Origin: Lingula anatina
Lineage: Eukaryota > Animalia > Brachiopoda
Assembly (NCBI GenBank): GCA_051362555.1
Contig: CM120644.1
Location: 13,290,567-13,354,566, forward strand
Direction: 5' to 3'
DNA: 64,000 nucleotides
This document shows, in pieces, positions 34,723 through 48,400 of this stretch. The position numbers and the translations under genes were made by a program. A model generated the notes under the pieces. It was not told the DNA's origin, did not search any database, and saw nothing but the letters and a program-made list of their open reading frames with translations. The first letter of the stretch is position 1. Each line of letters opens with the position of its first letter.

Positions 34723-35692
34723 AAGGTGCTCCTTATCAGAATCGTGAAGCTTCAACAAAATGAGGGATGAAAACCAAGCTTGTAGGTACCAAGTGACTGT
34801 CTATTCAACCAGGCCTTGTTATAATCAACAGGTGAAAAACCATAAAGTACCAAGAGAGTGTAAGGTCAACCAGGTGATGTAAGTGGACCTTTTCAAGACC
34901 AGTCTTTGCATCAGTATAGCCAAAGGCCCTGAAAAGAACACATAATCAGGACTCGCATCACTCTTCAATGAAATGCGTGCAAAATGTATTGCAACCGAAC
35001 ACCACCATTTAGGGCTGAGACCTGAGCGAATAGTTTGGCTTGATGTGGTAACCAATCAAATAGGATGCTGAGCACCATGGAGCAACCACACTTGGTGTAC
35101 TTGGTGCTGTTAGATCTTTCAAACCAAGATGGCTGGAAGATGTTTCAAAGACGGTCCTTTAGGAAGGGAATGGTTCATGATGAAATGACAAACTAAAGAA
35201 GCAAGTTTGCTTTAACCACTTCCGAATATCACCGTTGTTCCTGGTAAAGAGAGGTCATAGCAACAGCATTTTTTAATTTTTTTATTATTTTTTAATTTTT
35301 TTAAAATAAAATATATACAATGCACATGTAAATCACAGACATCAAGGTGGCTAGTTCTAATTATTTTTAGAATTAAAACTAATGTAAGGTTGCCAAAGTG
35401 AGCATAAGACTAAGGACATTTGGAGTGTATAGTTTGCATTCAGTGGTTTGTAAGAGATGTAATTAAGAGATTATTTCAGTGATTTGACAAGTTTTAAAAG
35501 ATGTTTGCCACAATGCACCACTTTTGACACAGTGATCTCGTTACTGTGTAGTGGAACGATGCATTTTACCTACTAGTGCATATCCAATGAGTGTAGAAGT
35601 CAACCGAAGGAGCAGGATAGCATAGTAACCAAAACTTGTGTAACTTTTAACCAAGCTGAACACTTGAACACAGATAAGTATTCAAGAAATTC

Positions 35693-35728
<36 letters not shown>

Positions 35729-36283
35729 ACTCTGCAGATTAAATTAAGAAGTTTGGATTTCATAATAGGTTGGGACACATGGTGTGGTGTTGGTGGGTGG
35801 ATATGTACCTGTCACAGCTGAGACCGAAGGCAAATGTGTTAAGAAGCATTTTTATCTCAGATGAAATGCACTGTCCTTGTAGTGACCAGAAATAATAAGG
35901 ATTTGACAAGTGAACTGAAATCAGAAATTAGTGCCGAGTTATATGAGCACAACAACAAGATTTGGCTTCAGGTTGGAGTAAGTAGAAAGTTACCATCTTA
36001 AGCTAGTTCGACCTTAGATGGTTTAAGATTTGTAATTGGAATTTGTGCCGAAATGATGCCAAAACAATAACAGAAACCTTAAAGTGGAAAGATATCAGTA
36101 AATTAAGTGATGTATACAGTCAACTTCTACTTAATCAACAACATTTGGTGTTTAGGATAAACAAAAACAAATTAGTGAATGAAGTGTAAATGTGTTTATA
36201 ATCAGTGAGGAAGGCAGTGCTTGCATTGGTCATGAGGGCATAAATATGAAATCTGAAAATGTTTGCCTTATGGACCCCCCCCC

Positions 36284-36324
<41 letters not shown>

Positions 36325-38431
36325 GTAAAAAGGCTTCAGTACTCCCAACTTTTTCATTTACACTGAATCCAGCATTTGCAAGATTTCTCTCACATGCACT
36401 TTTCTTGAACTCGGATTACTTTGGTTGGTTTCCTAGAGCTATAGTTTGTTCTGTCATGGCCTTGGCTTGACTTGGTTCCTGTAAGCTGACTAATGTGGTG
36501 GCAATTGCCATTGACAGATAAAGCCTTAGGCTTGATGCTAGTGTCTAGCGTGGGGGAAAAGTTGTGCAAGATAAGGATGAAATATCAGTCAATTTTATGT
36601 GGAACAATAGGACTTGGCAGTTGGGTTATAAATTGGAAGGACTTGTAGAGTGTCTTAGCAAAAAAAGTGATTTAGTTTGAGGGAAATTCAGTTAGAGCAA
36701 TGAATGCTGGATATATATATATATATATATATTTGACAGTCTTGGCTAGAGAAGGATTCATTATGGAATATTTTGTGTGATTATGGGATATGTTGTCACA
36801 CCAACACAACATGTCTCACCAAATACATTTTTATTTTGCAAAGGTAAAAATATGTAAAGGTAAAGTTAGTAAAACCAGCTTTAACATTTAGCACGAACTG
36901 TCTGCAGCATTAACTAATTTTGTATTACTTTGTGTTATTTTAACATAATTCCCAAATTAAGAATGCTTTTTAGCATCCTGATTCTCAAAGAATATTGTGA
37001 GCCACATGAATACCCCAAGTTTCGAAAAAAACGGTATGCGATTCATCTTACATAATTATATGAGGTTCTTGTTCCTTTGAATATTATAAACGACATCTGC
37101 TTCAACTAAAAAAAAAAAAACAGTTATACCAGGTGAAACTGTGTTATTAAAAGAAGCCCATAGCCACCTTGGCTATTGTGCAATTCAGTCCGTGCTATGA
37201 GGTTTAAGGTTTTTTAGTTCTGATGCCCAAATGACTTACTCTAATTTCAGAACCAAAATGGGAAATTTTAAATTTATAAAAGTGGGAGTTGAAAGGAATT
37301 TATTGTAAATCATGTGAAAAAGACCACCCCTTCATTATTATTATTATTATTATTATTTGTCTGTATCTCTTTCATATTTTTATTTGATGGTTACCCTGAA
37401 TGAGAGGTTATTTTAACACTCTTTTGAATATCTACACCCTATTCAGTGTATCAATTTCAAACTGTGGAATATTGTCACAGTATAAATCATAAAATAGCGG
37501 GCATTTTTAATCAGTTTCATATGACATCACCCCTTAGATTAATCTCAATTTAGAGTCAGTCATTCTTAAGCATACAAGCGATTGAGGCATGACACAGCAG
37601 AACTAATCATAATTTCAAAGAGTGTTTCAGAGAAGAATCATCAGTCTGTTAAGGCAAATAGTATCTTTGCTGCTCTTGTGAGATCATGCTTACAACGTTA
37701 TACAAGGCTACTCGAATATGGGACTGCAGCAGTCATTTGTGGCCTGGAAAATTGGCCAGTAACAATTGGGTAGGAAGTAATTTGTAGCGTATTAACCCCA
37801 AGTATGCAAGGTGGGCGAATGTGATATACATGACATTCTGTTTGTTGTGATTGTGTTAGCAAAGATTGTATATTTGACAGAGCAATGCATGTACCATGTA
37901 ACTGAAATAACAGTTTCAGTCATTTCTAGAATTTTTTTTTTTTGTTTTTAGATAGTTAATGTAAACTAATTTTTCTATTTCATTGTGATACATCAAGAAT
38001 CAGGCAATCCAAGAAATATCCAAAATCAGCATGTTCATGTTTGTGGGTATTTGGCAACTGGTGTGCCGATACTTGAAAGTCTTCTGACCCGCAACCCTTC
38101 TTTGGACATATCCACATCATGAGAATTGGCAAATCTAGTCTAACAGACACTGCCACCTTAGTCTGTATAACAACAGTTAATGCATAAAAATTTTTAATTA
38201 AAAAGTTTTGGAAATTTCTGTGGGTTGACTCAGTATGTTCAACTGTATATTAAGTGTCTTTGCACAAATAAATGTAACAATTAACCTTAATGCATGTGAT
38301 TTTGTATACTATTCATAATTGTTCCTCAAGTAAAATTATGTGCACCCAGTGATTGTATATGTTAATGTATAGGTAAATACTATAGTACAGGGGATGTGCA
38401 TTATTTATGGCTAGGAGTGCATAATATTGAA

Positions 38432-38590
38432 ATGACCTTGACCCAGAAAATCACCCTTAGGTTCAGAGTGCTTGGGTTGTGACCTTGACCCAGTTAATCA
38501 CCCTGATGTTCAGAGTGCTGGGGGTAAATGTCTTTCACCCAGAATCACCCTGAGGTTCAGAGTGCTGGCGGTAAATGACCTTGACCCAGC
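38432..38590. repeat. ~47-49 bp tandem repeat, about 3.3 copies, containing TGACCTTGACCCAG
   Basis: TGACCTTGACCCAG...ATCACCCT.AGGTTCAGAGTGCT repeated downstream of MED1. Confidence 0.8.
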
Positions 38591-40059
38591 AGGTGCTCTG
38601 TGCTACTTTGCAGTGATATACCTATGCTGATAATAAATGTGGGATTTAAAAATACTCTGAAACTCCGGGTGCTGCTGTCAGTTTGTTAACTGTCAGTTTG
38701 AAGGGGACTTGTCACCTGAATGTATAGTATTCACAGTGGAGACCTAATGAGGAAAACTACCTGGAAGATGCTACCTTATGGACTTTAACCCTTACAATTA
38801 AATAGCTTAAATTGTTATTGTGATGTAATGTCTTCATGATTGGGAATTGGAGGGAGTTTGCATAATTCTTCTTCAGCTTTTTTATCATAAACTTGTGTGT
38901 CGACATCTGTACTTCTACCTAGCATGTGTAAGTTTGATATAAGAAAACTTTTGTATCACAAGATCCTTATAATTCACCGGTATCAGTGGTTAATTCGTAT
39001 TTATATGGATCAATATAATGAGTTGCAATATGACTCTGTCAAAGTTCTTTGCAAAATAACTTTCAGCTTTCATGTCGGTAGGGCAACCATGAGGTCATAC
39101 ACTTGTACATATTGCGTAGTACGCATAAACCAATGACGTCACTAGCCCAAGCCGTCTCAAGGTTGAAATATAATGTTAGAATGTAATTGTTAATTGTTAG
39201 CATTGCCAATCGACCCGAAGGTCTAAAGATTGGAATTTATCGGTAATTAATTAATAAATTAATTATGTTTCTGTTGAGTAATTCATTAAAGTCTACCTAT
39301 GTATATGTGGTAGGTAGTATTTTTACCTCTTTTACCTATTTTGTCTATTATGTCAGTCTCGAATAAAAGACGTAATGGTTGGTTGTCATAGAAACTAAAC
39401 AGTCGTTCGACTTTTGTTTTTTTGTGTGGAATGGTGTTAACACATTATCTTGGGACAGGTTTTGTTTTACCATTTAACAGGCGTAAATGGATTTTAAAAA
39501 CATAAATCATAATACAGAATTTAAAGCTGTAAAAATGCTTATATTCTAAACCCTTTCAAGTAACCCAACATTCGAACCATTTTCTAAGAAATCAATATCC
39601 CAGAGCCAAGCAAGTGCTTAAACACGAGGGATAAACTAGAAATGATGTCCATTTGGCCACATTATTTTGCAGTGCTCTCAGTCGTTTAATTAAACCCTGG
39701 AAGTCATATATCTACTGATTGGAATTCAAGTACCAATTTCGGGTATCAATGAGTTATCGGAGAACGTAAAAATTACGTGGTAGGGGTACGCCTTTGTTGA
39801 TTGACTGTATTGTGGACCTATTTTAGAGGGGTCACTTCTGCCCAAGTGCCGTACGTCAAGACCCTTATAGTGCGCCTGCCCCACTTGCATAAGTACGATT
39901 TTTATGGTATCCGTACGAATCATTTCTTTTTATAACATAAAACACGAATTTTGCAGGAAAAAAACAACACTCAAGACAGCAAAAAAAAAAAAAAGTAGAA
40001 ATAAAAAAGAATTAATTGGAAATTAGTGTTTTCATTCCTGTCACTGCCTATTTCTCTCT

Positions 40060-40100
<41 letters not shown>

Positions 40101-40732
40101 CAAACGGCCAATTTCTCGGTAATGCAGAAACCAATCTCTATTCTCTGTTCTTGCTCACGCTGGCATCTCGTAGTCCAAAGCAATCGGCCTAATCGACATT
40201 TGTAATAAAAATGCATCTGCACATTATTACACAACTAATTCTGGATTGAGTATAAAAAACCAGATAATGGTCTGCTGACAGCGTCAAAGTCCCAGTGAGA
40301 ACTAAGATCGAATGAACACGGTCCATTAGAGCCTGACACGTTCAGAAGCTAATTCGCCTAAGCGCGTTACTATCCACACGACAAGTGTGGAATCATTAAA
40401 TGAAGCTGGAAAAGCTCAAAATCGATTGGACTCTTCTTAATTTTGATCAGGGGCCTATAGTCAAATAAATTACGAATGTTTGCACTATTAAATGGGAATT
40501 GGGAATAATCCGCACGCCCTTGCGCAAGCTTTGCGCACGTATTCTTGCCTATATGTATCCTTGAAACTACTCGACTTTTATTTAAAATAATAATTTTCAG
40601 GTAATATTCTTAATTTCTGATTGTATGAATCGGGCTTTCGACTTGATGGTGTGTATTGATTTAACGATAAATTGGGTTTTCTTTAAAAACTTAAACTCCG
40701 CACAAGTGATTCCTCACAATACGCGCATTCGG

Positions 40733-40740
40733 TATATAAG
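40733..40740 (+). promoter_or_regulatory. TATA box of the CAP-domain gene
   Basis: TATATAAG in GC-richer context about 130 nt upstream of the ATG at 40868. Confidence 0.55.
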
Positions 40741-40867
40741 GAGCAGCATCGCATCCTCGCAGGACATAATTTTCTAGAGGAAGCTAGGAGTTTAAGTTTA
40801 GAGCATTTCACACAGTGGCGTCGCTTGTGTTATACATTTACAGTTAGACGTCACTTAAAGAAGAAAG

Positions 40868-43800
40868 ATGCAGAAGAAGGTTGCTGGTGTGCTCTTTGTA
40901 ATGGCGGCGTTTGGCGTGTTAAAACTGGATGCCGCTGCGAAACTTCCGTGGCAAGGTAAGCTTAATTTGTTGCCTTATGTACATAGTTGCGCACTGACAA
41001 AGACGTAGACCTGGGCCGGGTTGATTTGAGTCAAAATGACATCACCATACTACATAGGAAATCATATCAGTTTAGACTCATAAAGGAACCGAATCTGACC
41101 GCGCTTTTAACAGCCACAAGTAAGTTGGGCGGCGTCAAGCTGTGTACTCAAAAGCAACGATGTCACCAATGGCACGTTATTCTCTGAAAATACGGTAGAA
41201 GAAATAGCCCGACGTGTTAAAACATAGGTGTTGCTTTAAAAAGGCCATTGACTCCGAGCAATTAATCAAGGGCCATTTATTCGGCTAGTGGCTTTTCTAT
41301 TGAGATCTATGCAGCTTTTATTCACAAGAATCCCATTAGTGAATTTTATGAAGACAGGCGACGGAGAGGGCAGTTGCACTGCCAGACTGAAAGGCAGGGA
41401 GAAAAAAATAGCATCAAGAGTTAGGCGGACGGGAAAACGGGTCTTTCAATTAAGACAGACAAAAATCAGATAGTTTAAAGATTTACTGATAGAAGGACGC
41501 CTGCAGTAGGCCAGGCAGGCAGACTAACAGACAGACAAACAGGCAAATTAACTGACACACAAGCAGACAGTTAATTTTTTTTCTTATAGCTTTTTCAGTT
41601 AGAAGACTACAAGCCCACCTTTTTATTTTCATTTTGTCAGATAGCACGTTAAATTTTACATGGATATAGGAACGCGCTTTTTAAGCGAGCAAGACTCAAT
41701 TCATTAGAACTGTCGCACCTCCCACTTCATCAACATGCGATTTAGTAAAATATATTACAGCATAACTTGTTATAAACTTACTTTTTTGTTGAGGATAGGT
41801 TTGCTTAACTTGGCAAATACATGCATACAATAGTAGACGAAAGAGATTTAACAATAATGGGTAGACCATAAGGATGTAAAAGAAAAAGAGCGCATTCAGA
41901 ACATGTTGATCCGCGGACTAAACATGGCGGACCTACTTAAAAACGATGCCGCTACATTGCCTGATGGTCTCCCGGCCTCCACAAGTGCCATTAAATATTT
42001 TAAATCTCGGCTCCGAGGTTTAATTGCTAGGCCCCTGCAGCGACGTCCATTTTTAGTCGGCACATCAGTTAGTTCGCGGATCATCTCTTCCGAATGTGCT
42101 CAAGGTTGCTTGGTTTTGTTTGTTAGTTTGTGTCAGGGTGACCTGTTACTTTTTTATTATCATTTTGTTGGGGGGAGGGGATAAGAGGATCCTCGGAAAA
42201 TGAAGGAAGGTGATAAAGCTCACTTTGTTTTTTCTTGACCCGACACTGATTTTACCACAGAGTAAAAATAACTATTTACAGTGTACAAGCGAACCTCTTC
42301 TGGTTACACGACAAGAGAGGAGGCGGCGATCTTAAAGCGACACAACGAGATGAGAAGAAGCGTTAGTCCGTCAGCTTCAAACATGAGATCTATGGTGAGT
42401 TCTGTTAATCTGTTTTACAAGCTACCGTCTAGACCGATGGGCATAGACTTAAATATAAACTGATGACATTAGCGTCGCTGGTTGAATACCGGTGTTACGC
42501 AGGCGTACTGTAGACTCTACTAACTAGCGCATACGTCACTTCCGGCCTAGTAGCAAACTTCGAGATGTACCGTTGCCAATAAATGAATAAAGTCGTTTTT
42601 TTAAAGGTGATTTTACCCTGACTCCTAAATGTTTGAAAGGGTATACGCTACGAAACATTGGCAGATCAGGAGCTCCTTTTATAGAGGGGCTGTGCTTATT
42701 TCTCGAAACTAATGTACATGTGATGTCTCTTTACCTGCCGCTGGGGAAGAGTTGCTCTCTTGCCGTCATATTCATCAATCTAAGACATGTACCAACTGAC
42801 AATTTTAGGAAGTTTGTTGCTAAAGTTAGTATATGCGATGTTTCATTTTATTTCCGTTTGTAATGCAGAATCAATATGAAAACTATCCGCATCGGAGCTT
42901 TTCTACCTCCAGCTTACGGGCGTGACGACACTTCCTATATACGTCATACAGGAACCAGGAGGCACTACACAGCAACAGTTAGTTATGTTTTGGCCGATCT
43001 GCGTTCATATTACTTTGAAATGCAGTTTGTCTTTGGATAACGTGCTCTCAGATGCAACTGAATCTTGCAATGGATAAACTTCACGCTTTTCTCGGATTAT
43101 CTAATGATCCCATTACAATGTACATTCCGTTTTGCCTTATCACTTTACGCCTATGTGCATATAAAGCCTACTGTACGCGAATAATTTGATGAGATATTGT
43201 GAGAACCATAACAATAACATATTGTGTTTTCTGCAAAAAAACAAAATTATATTAATTCGAAGATATATTATAAGGGATGTTTGCGCCAAATTTTTTTCCG
43301 AGAAAAAAAGAAATTTTCTTCCATTACAGATAATGGCTCGACCCGTCCCCGCATTTAGATTCCTTCTGTCTTGCACCAATTCTAATTACATAACTTACAT
43401 GTAGTCCTGTAGTCCATGGCATTAAAATCTCAAACTTCTGAAGGAAAAATCGACATCGGGTAAGCTTCAGATTAACTTTTGGTGGGATTTATGGGTTTTA
43501 GATTTAAACATAAGTAGCTTTGCAAGACAATAAGGCATAGAAATATGACCTTGTATATAACTTTTGTGTAAACGCATACTTTATTGTCACTTGTTATTTA
43601 TTTTAAAAAATCATTAGAGAAACATCGCACTGTCAACGAGAACATGTTTTTTTCTTTTGATGATATGAAAAGATAATCTTTCAAAAAGGTGAAAGAACCG
43701 CCCGTTTTCTTTACGTCTTTGGGGATTTAACATTGATCATAAGAGCTCGTGACATGATTTTTTAGAACTGCATTTACCATGAATGATGCTCATCTTTATC

Positions 43801-46800
43801 TTCTTAATCAAAAGTAAACTATAGATTTTATCTGTATATATCCACCATGATGCTGTACATTCGTGGATAACGTCTGCAATAAAACCAATTCTTGTGATGA
43901 GCATTATGCCCGAACCTTGTGAAACCGTCTGAGAAGCGATTGGCATTTATTATGATTCGTTTAAGCACATGGAACTTTATTGGAATAAACGGGCGCAGTG
44001 GCGGATTTAAAGGGGAGGGGGGGAGGGGTCAGGGGGGTCCTTCGGTTTCTGAAAAATATATCACACCAATATTCCTCTCTTGAAATTAGAATTTTGGCTA
44101 GCTAAAATATAGTTATAAACCGCACAGAGGGAACCGTTTGCCCTCCAAAACACCAAAATATTTTCGGGGCCCTTGAGCAGACTCCGAACCCCACGCCAAG
44201 GGGGCGATGGTCGGCTTCGCATCCGAGGCCTGTCGTTGTGGACCCCCCTTCAAAAAATCCTGGACCCCCCTGGGGTGGGTGGGTGGATAGGTGGGTGGAA
44301 GGCTGAGTGCCATAGCATGGGTGGTGGGGTAAGGACGGAAGGGTTTTCTGCTATTCTAGTCTTGTACGAAGTTTAAAAATCCCCAGTATCATATAATACC
44401 ATATTCACTTAAAAGTTAAATATTTTGTGCTGTTGTTTCATCCCACAAAAGTCTAGGGGTCGCTGGGGTTATTCCTTCAGTGGAGGTCCGCTTCGAATTT
44501 ACGAGTACGTTTCTGTTCGTGTGCGACGTGTGATGAAATAGTCTATCTTTCAGAACCCCCCCCCCCCCCTTCTAAATTCCAGTTATCGTCTCACAGTTCA
44601 ATGTGCTATGACGCATTAACTATACAGAATTACGCTGATACTGGCTCATTCAGACTGAGTTTATCGCTTCTCGACCTGTCTGTATTTGATAAACAGCAAT
44701 CTTCAAATCAGTTTTGAATTATTGTCTTGGTATGTGCTGAATATGACCCGATATAAAAACGATTTCTAAGTGATTGGCCGTCAAATGACCTTGTCCAGTG
44801 TGTGTCGATTATAACTGTTCTGAGATTAGACTAAATATCCCATTAGGAGTTAAATAATATTGAACATAAAATTGCCGTTTTTTATTACTTGATATTGGAT
44901 TATTATTATTATTATTATCATATTTGTTAAGTTTGGTGGTCTGCTTGGTAAAATTATCTAACTCAGAGGAGTGACTCTTCAGAATTTTCTCTCACGGATG
45001 TTAAAAACATCATACGAACTGTTTATTATTTCACAAAAAAAAAGACAGAAAGAAATAGAGAGTGAGAAAAAAATTGATAAATCCTCCTCATGTTTATTCT
45101 GCTTTCTTAAGTGGATTGTTCGTCAAATTGCAGACTTATTAAAAAGGGAATTAAGTAAAAAAAATAATAAAACCTCAGACAATTAATTGCATTGCATCCT
45201 CACTACACGTCCTTTCTTACTGTTTTGTGTTTGTATAACCGTCAATTAATACCCGTAGCCTTCTCATACTTCGCTGATTTTAATCAACTCCTCGAATCTT
45301 GGCTGCGGATTTACGAGGTATTAAAATCAGGGCGCAATGTTTGTTGTAGGATTTCAATTAAGTCCCCAGACGTACTCAGTTGCCTTCTCCGTAGCAATGA
45401 ACCTGAAGCTTCTCAACGTGTAACGGAAAAACGGGTAAGGCGAAAGGAAACGGGAGGACTGGGATGATATTTTAGCCTTGTTATCATTGTATTTTTTATA
45501 TTATTTCTTTTTTTTTCTTTAATGTGTGTGCATTGCTAGGTGCTGGAGAAACAAGCCTACGTTGTAAGATCTGTAGATGGCTTCCATATTACCACACATT
45601 CTGTTCCCTCAAAAGATCTCCCCTCATGCACCAAAATTTAAAGATTTAGTGCCACTGTCAATAGTCTAATACCATAACTTTCATCTATGTAAAAACTAAC
45701 CATGTTCTGATGATTATATAGCATAATTTACATATACACAAAATATTCAGCTATATCATTATACACGCTACTTATGTACTTGTTTGGTCATAACTTTTGT
45801 AAAAAATATGCTAGAACTAATTAAAATTATTATTATCATTCCTGCCCATCTTGCGCGAGATTTACTGTTAGATCATCGCAACAGTGACTTTATGGTGTAA
45901 TTAAACAAACAGTTGCAATTAAACAAACAGATTCGCCTGTGAGAGAACTGTGAAACTAAGCACGCCTACGCCGCCCAGATTTCTTCATCATTAAATTGCC
46001 CTCAAACATGTAATATTAAAAGAGACATTCTAAACCATCAGCACACCTAACCCCGGCAACCTATGCCCATTAGGTAGGAAGTAAGCATCGGACTCCGCAG
46101 TGATTTTTCACCCACGTCTATTGAACCGTCAAAGCCCCAGGTTGACATTGCAAACAATCGTGAGTGGCCTTATGAGAAAATCATGGCCTGTGTTTTAATC
46201 TATAAATGTATGTAGGTGGCGATAACGAGCTTTATTATCAGTCTTTTAAACAGTATTATTATATCCAGGGGTGTTGGCACCTTTAAGCCATTTCGCACTT
46301 TTGTATGACATGAAAAAGTTATAAAGTATTTTAACTGTGTATTTCATTGAATAACTATAATAAAATATACAAGGAATTATTACAATGAATGTTTCCTTTA
46401 AGTATTTTTTTTTTATCTTTTTCGTCATTACGTTTTTGTTTTTATGCTTTCCTATTCCCTCTTAATTCATCATCTTATCATCCATATAGATTTATGCATA
46501 TTTACTAATGAAATTGTTTTTTTCTTCGTTTGAATGAAAATTCGTTCTTTTCATTTTAATCACTCCATAATGGTACTGTTTCATTTATTTATTTATTTAT
46601 TTATTTATTTATTTTCACAGGTATGGGACAACGACCTGGCCCTGATAGCCAAACGCTGGGCAAACAAATGCGAATGGCGACACGGGAATATAAAACAGGG
46701 GACGCCATACGCCAACGACTACCTCGGCCAAAACCTTTACTCCTCCACCCACCCGCCTTCGACAACCGTGGAGCCCATGAACTCTTGGTTTGCAGAGAAG

Positions 46801-48364
46801 AAGGACTATTCCTATGCCAGAGACACGTGCAAGCCCGGTGAAATATGCGGGCACTATACTCAGGTATGTGCAATCATATGGGAGATTTAATTGTAACTGT
46901 TGTACCGAAAATGCCTATTTTTATTTGCTATATTGTAGGCCTATACGGTCTGTAATTAGGGAGGTCCAAAAAGTCTGTGTAATATTTTGTGAAAGAACGC
47001 AAAAGCCTTTGTCCATGTTTTTTTAGTCATTATTTATTCCCACGCTCTATCTTTCCACGTGGACGTTCATTTTGATCCGAGATGTGATTTCCGTTGTCTG
47101 TTTCTCTGGGATATCTTCACAGTCATCCTTGGAAAGCCTAGCCAACAGCTTATGATTATAACTAGTTGAATATGAAACCGCATTCATGGTATTTGTCATT
47201 GCCATATCTGGCGTAGGCCTAATAGAAAAATCAGTGAAAAGGTAGGCCTACATCTAACTGAAAAGTTGATGGTTGGGTCTATTGTAGACTTTGTTCAAAT
47301 GCCTCTTTACCAATTGAATAGGTTGCAGTGCGTTTTGTTCATTTGCGACAGTTTCGTTTCTGTTTTTGTCAGAGAACTGTTCTAGCTTTTCCTATGAGAA
47401 ATCCAAAATGAATATTACACTCAAAACAGTTTCCTCACTCTATCTGCTAAATGTCATAAGTGTCATATATATTGGAATGTTTTCACCCAACCAAAGCGTT
47501 CCCCGACCACGAGATGCCCATAATTGTCAATGGCAACGGCTCTCGGATAACGTATCCCATCATCCCTCTGAACCACCATGCACTTGAAATGTCCATCCGC
47601 CGTGACGACTTGCACTCTCTGATTTGTGTACTCCGCGATGAAAATGAGACCGAATTTGTCGGTGCAAACGCCAAAGGGACTGTAGAGAACATGCTGTTTC
47701 CGCGGAGCGAATGATTTCACCGGTTGTGCCTGGTTCACCTCGCTTCCGTTCACTTTAGGCGCCTCCTCTTTGACAACATTTTTTTGGTCACGTGATTTAC
47801 CGTTTTGGTGATGCTTCTCGTCGGAATGGGAGTCTTTTCTTTTCTTCCTCCCGAAAAGTCGCTCGCGTAGACTGCTTTGTCTTCTTATATGTTTGGTTTC
47901 AACTTTTTCAACGTGTTCAGTTGCCGGGTCTGCCTTCATGTGGACCTTGTCTATGACGTGAGCATTTGACGTCGTATCTTTATGCATCGAAGCCTCTTTT
48001 TCGTCCCCGTCGTGATGTGACGTCATCAGCGTTGCTATGTCAACGCCGTAATTATAAAGGAAGTTGCCCTCGGAGTCGAATACGGTAAGGCAGTCTTTGC
48101 CGTAATCAGAGACGATAATGCTGTCAGTGAGGCGATTCACCGTGACGTGGAACGGTTGGACGAATAGTGGCCCCTCGTCTTTGGCACCTGAAACAGATCA
48201 TAAAGACAATATATTGTCACCCTCCTGTTATCTATATAGGCTTACCTCCCTGGCCTAACTGAAGGTATTTCTGATGTTTAATGGTCACTTAACCCCCCCC
48301 CCCCCCACACACACACACACACCACCACCACCACCACCACCACCACCGCCACAAGCACCACCAC

Positions 48365-48400
<36 letters not shown>

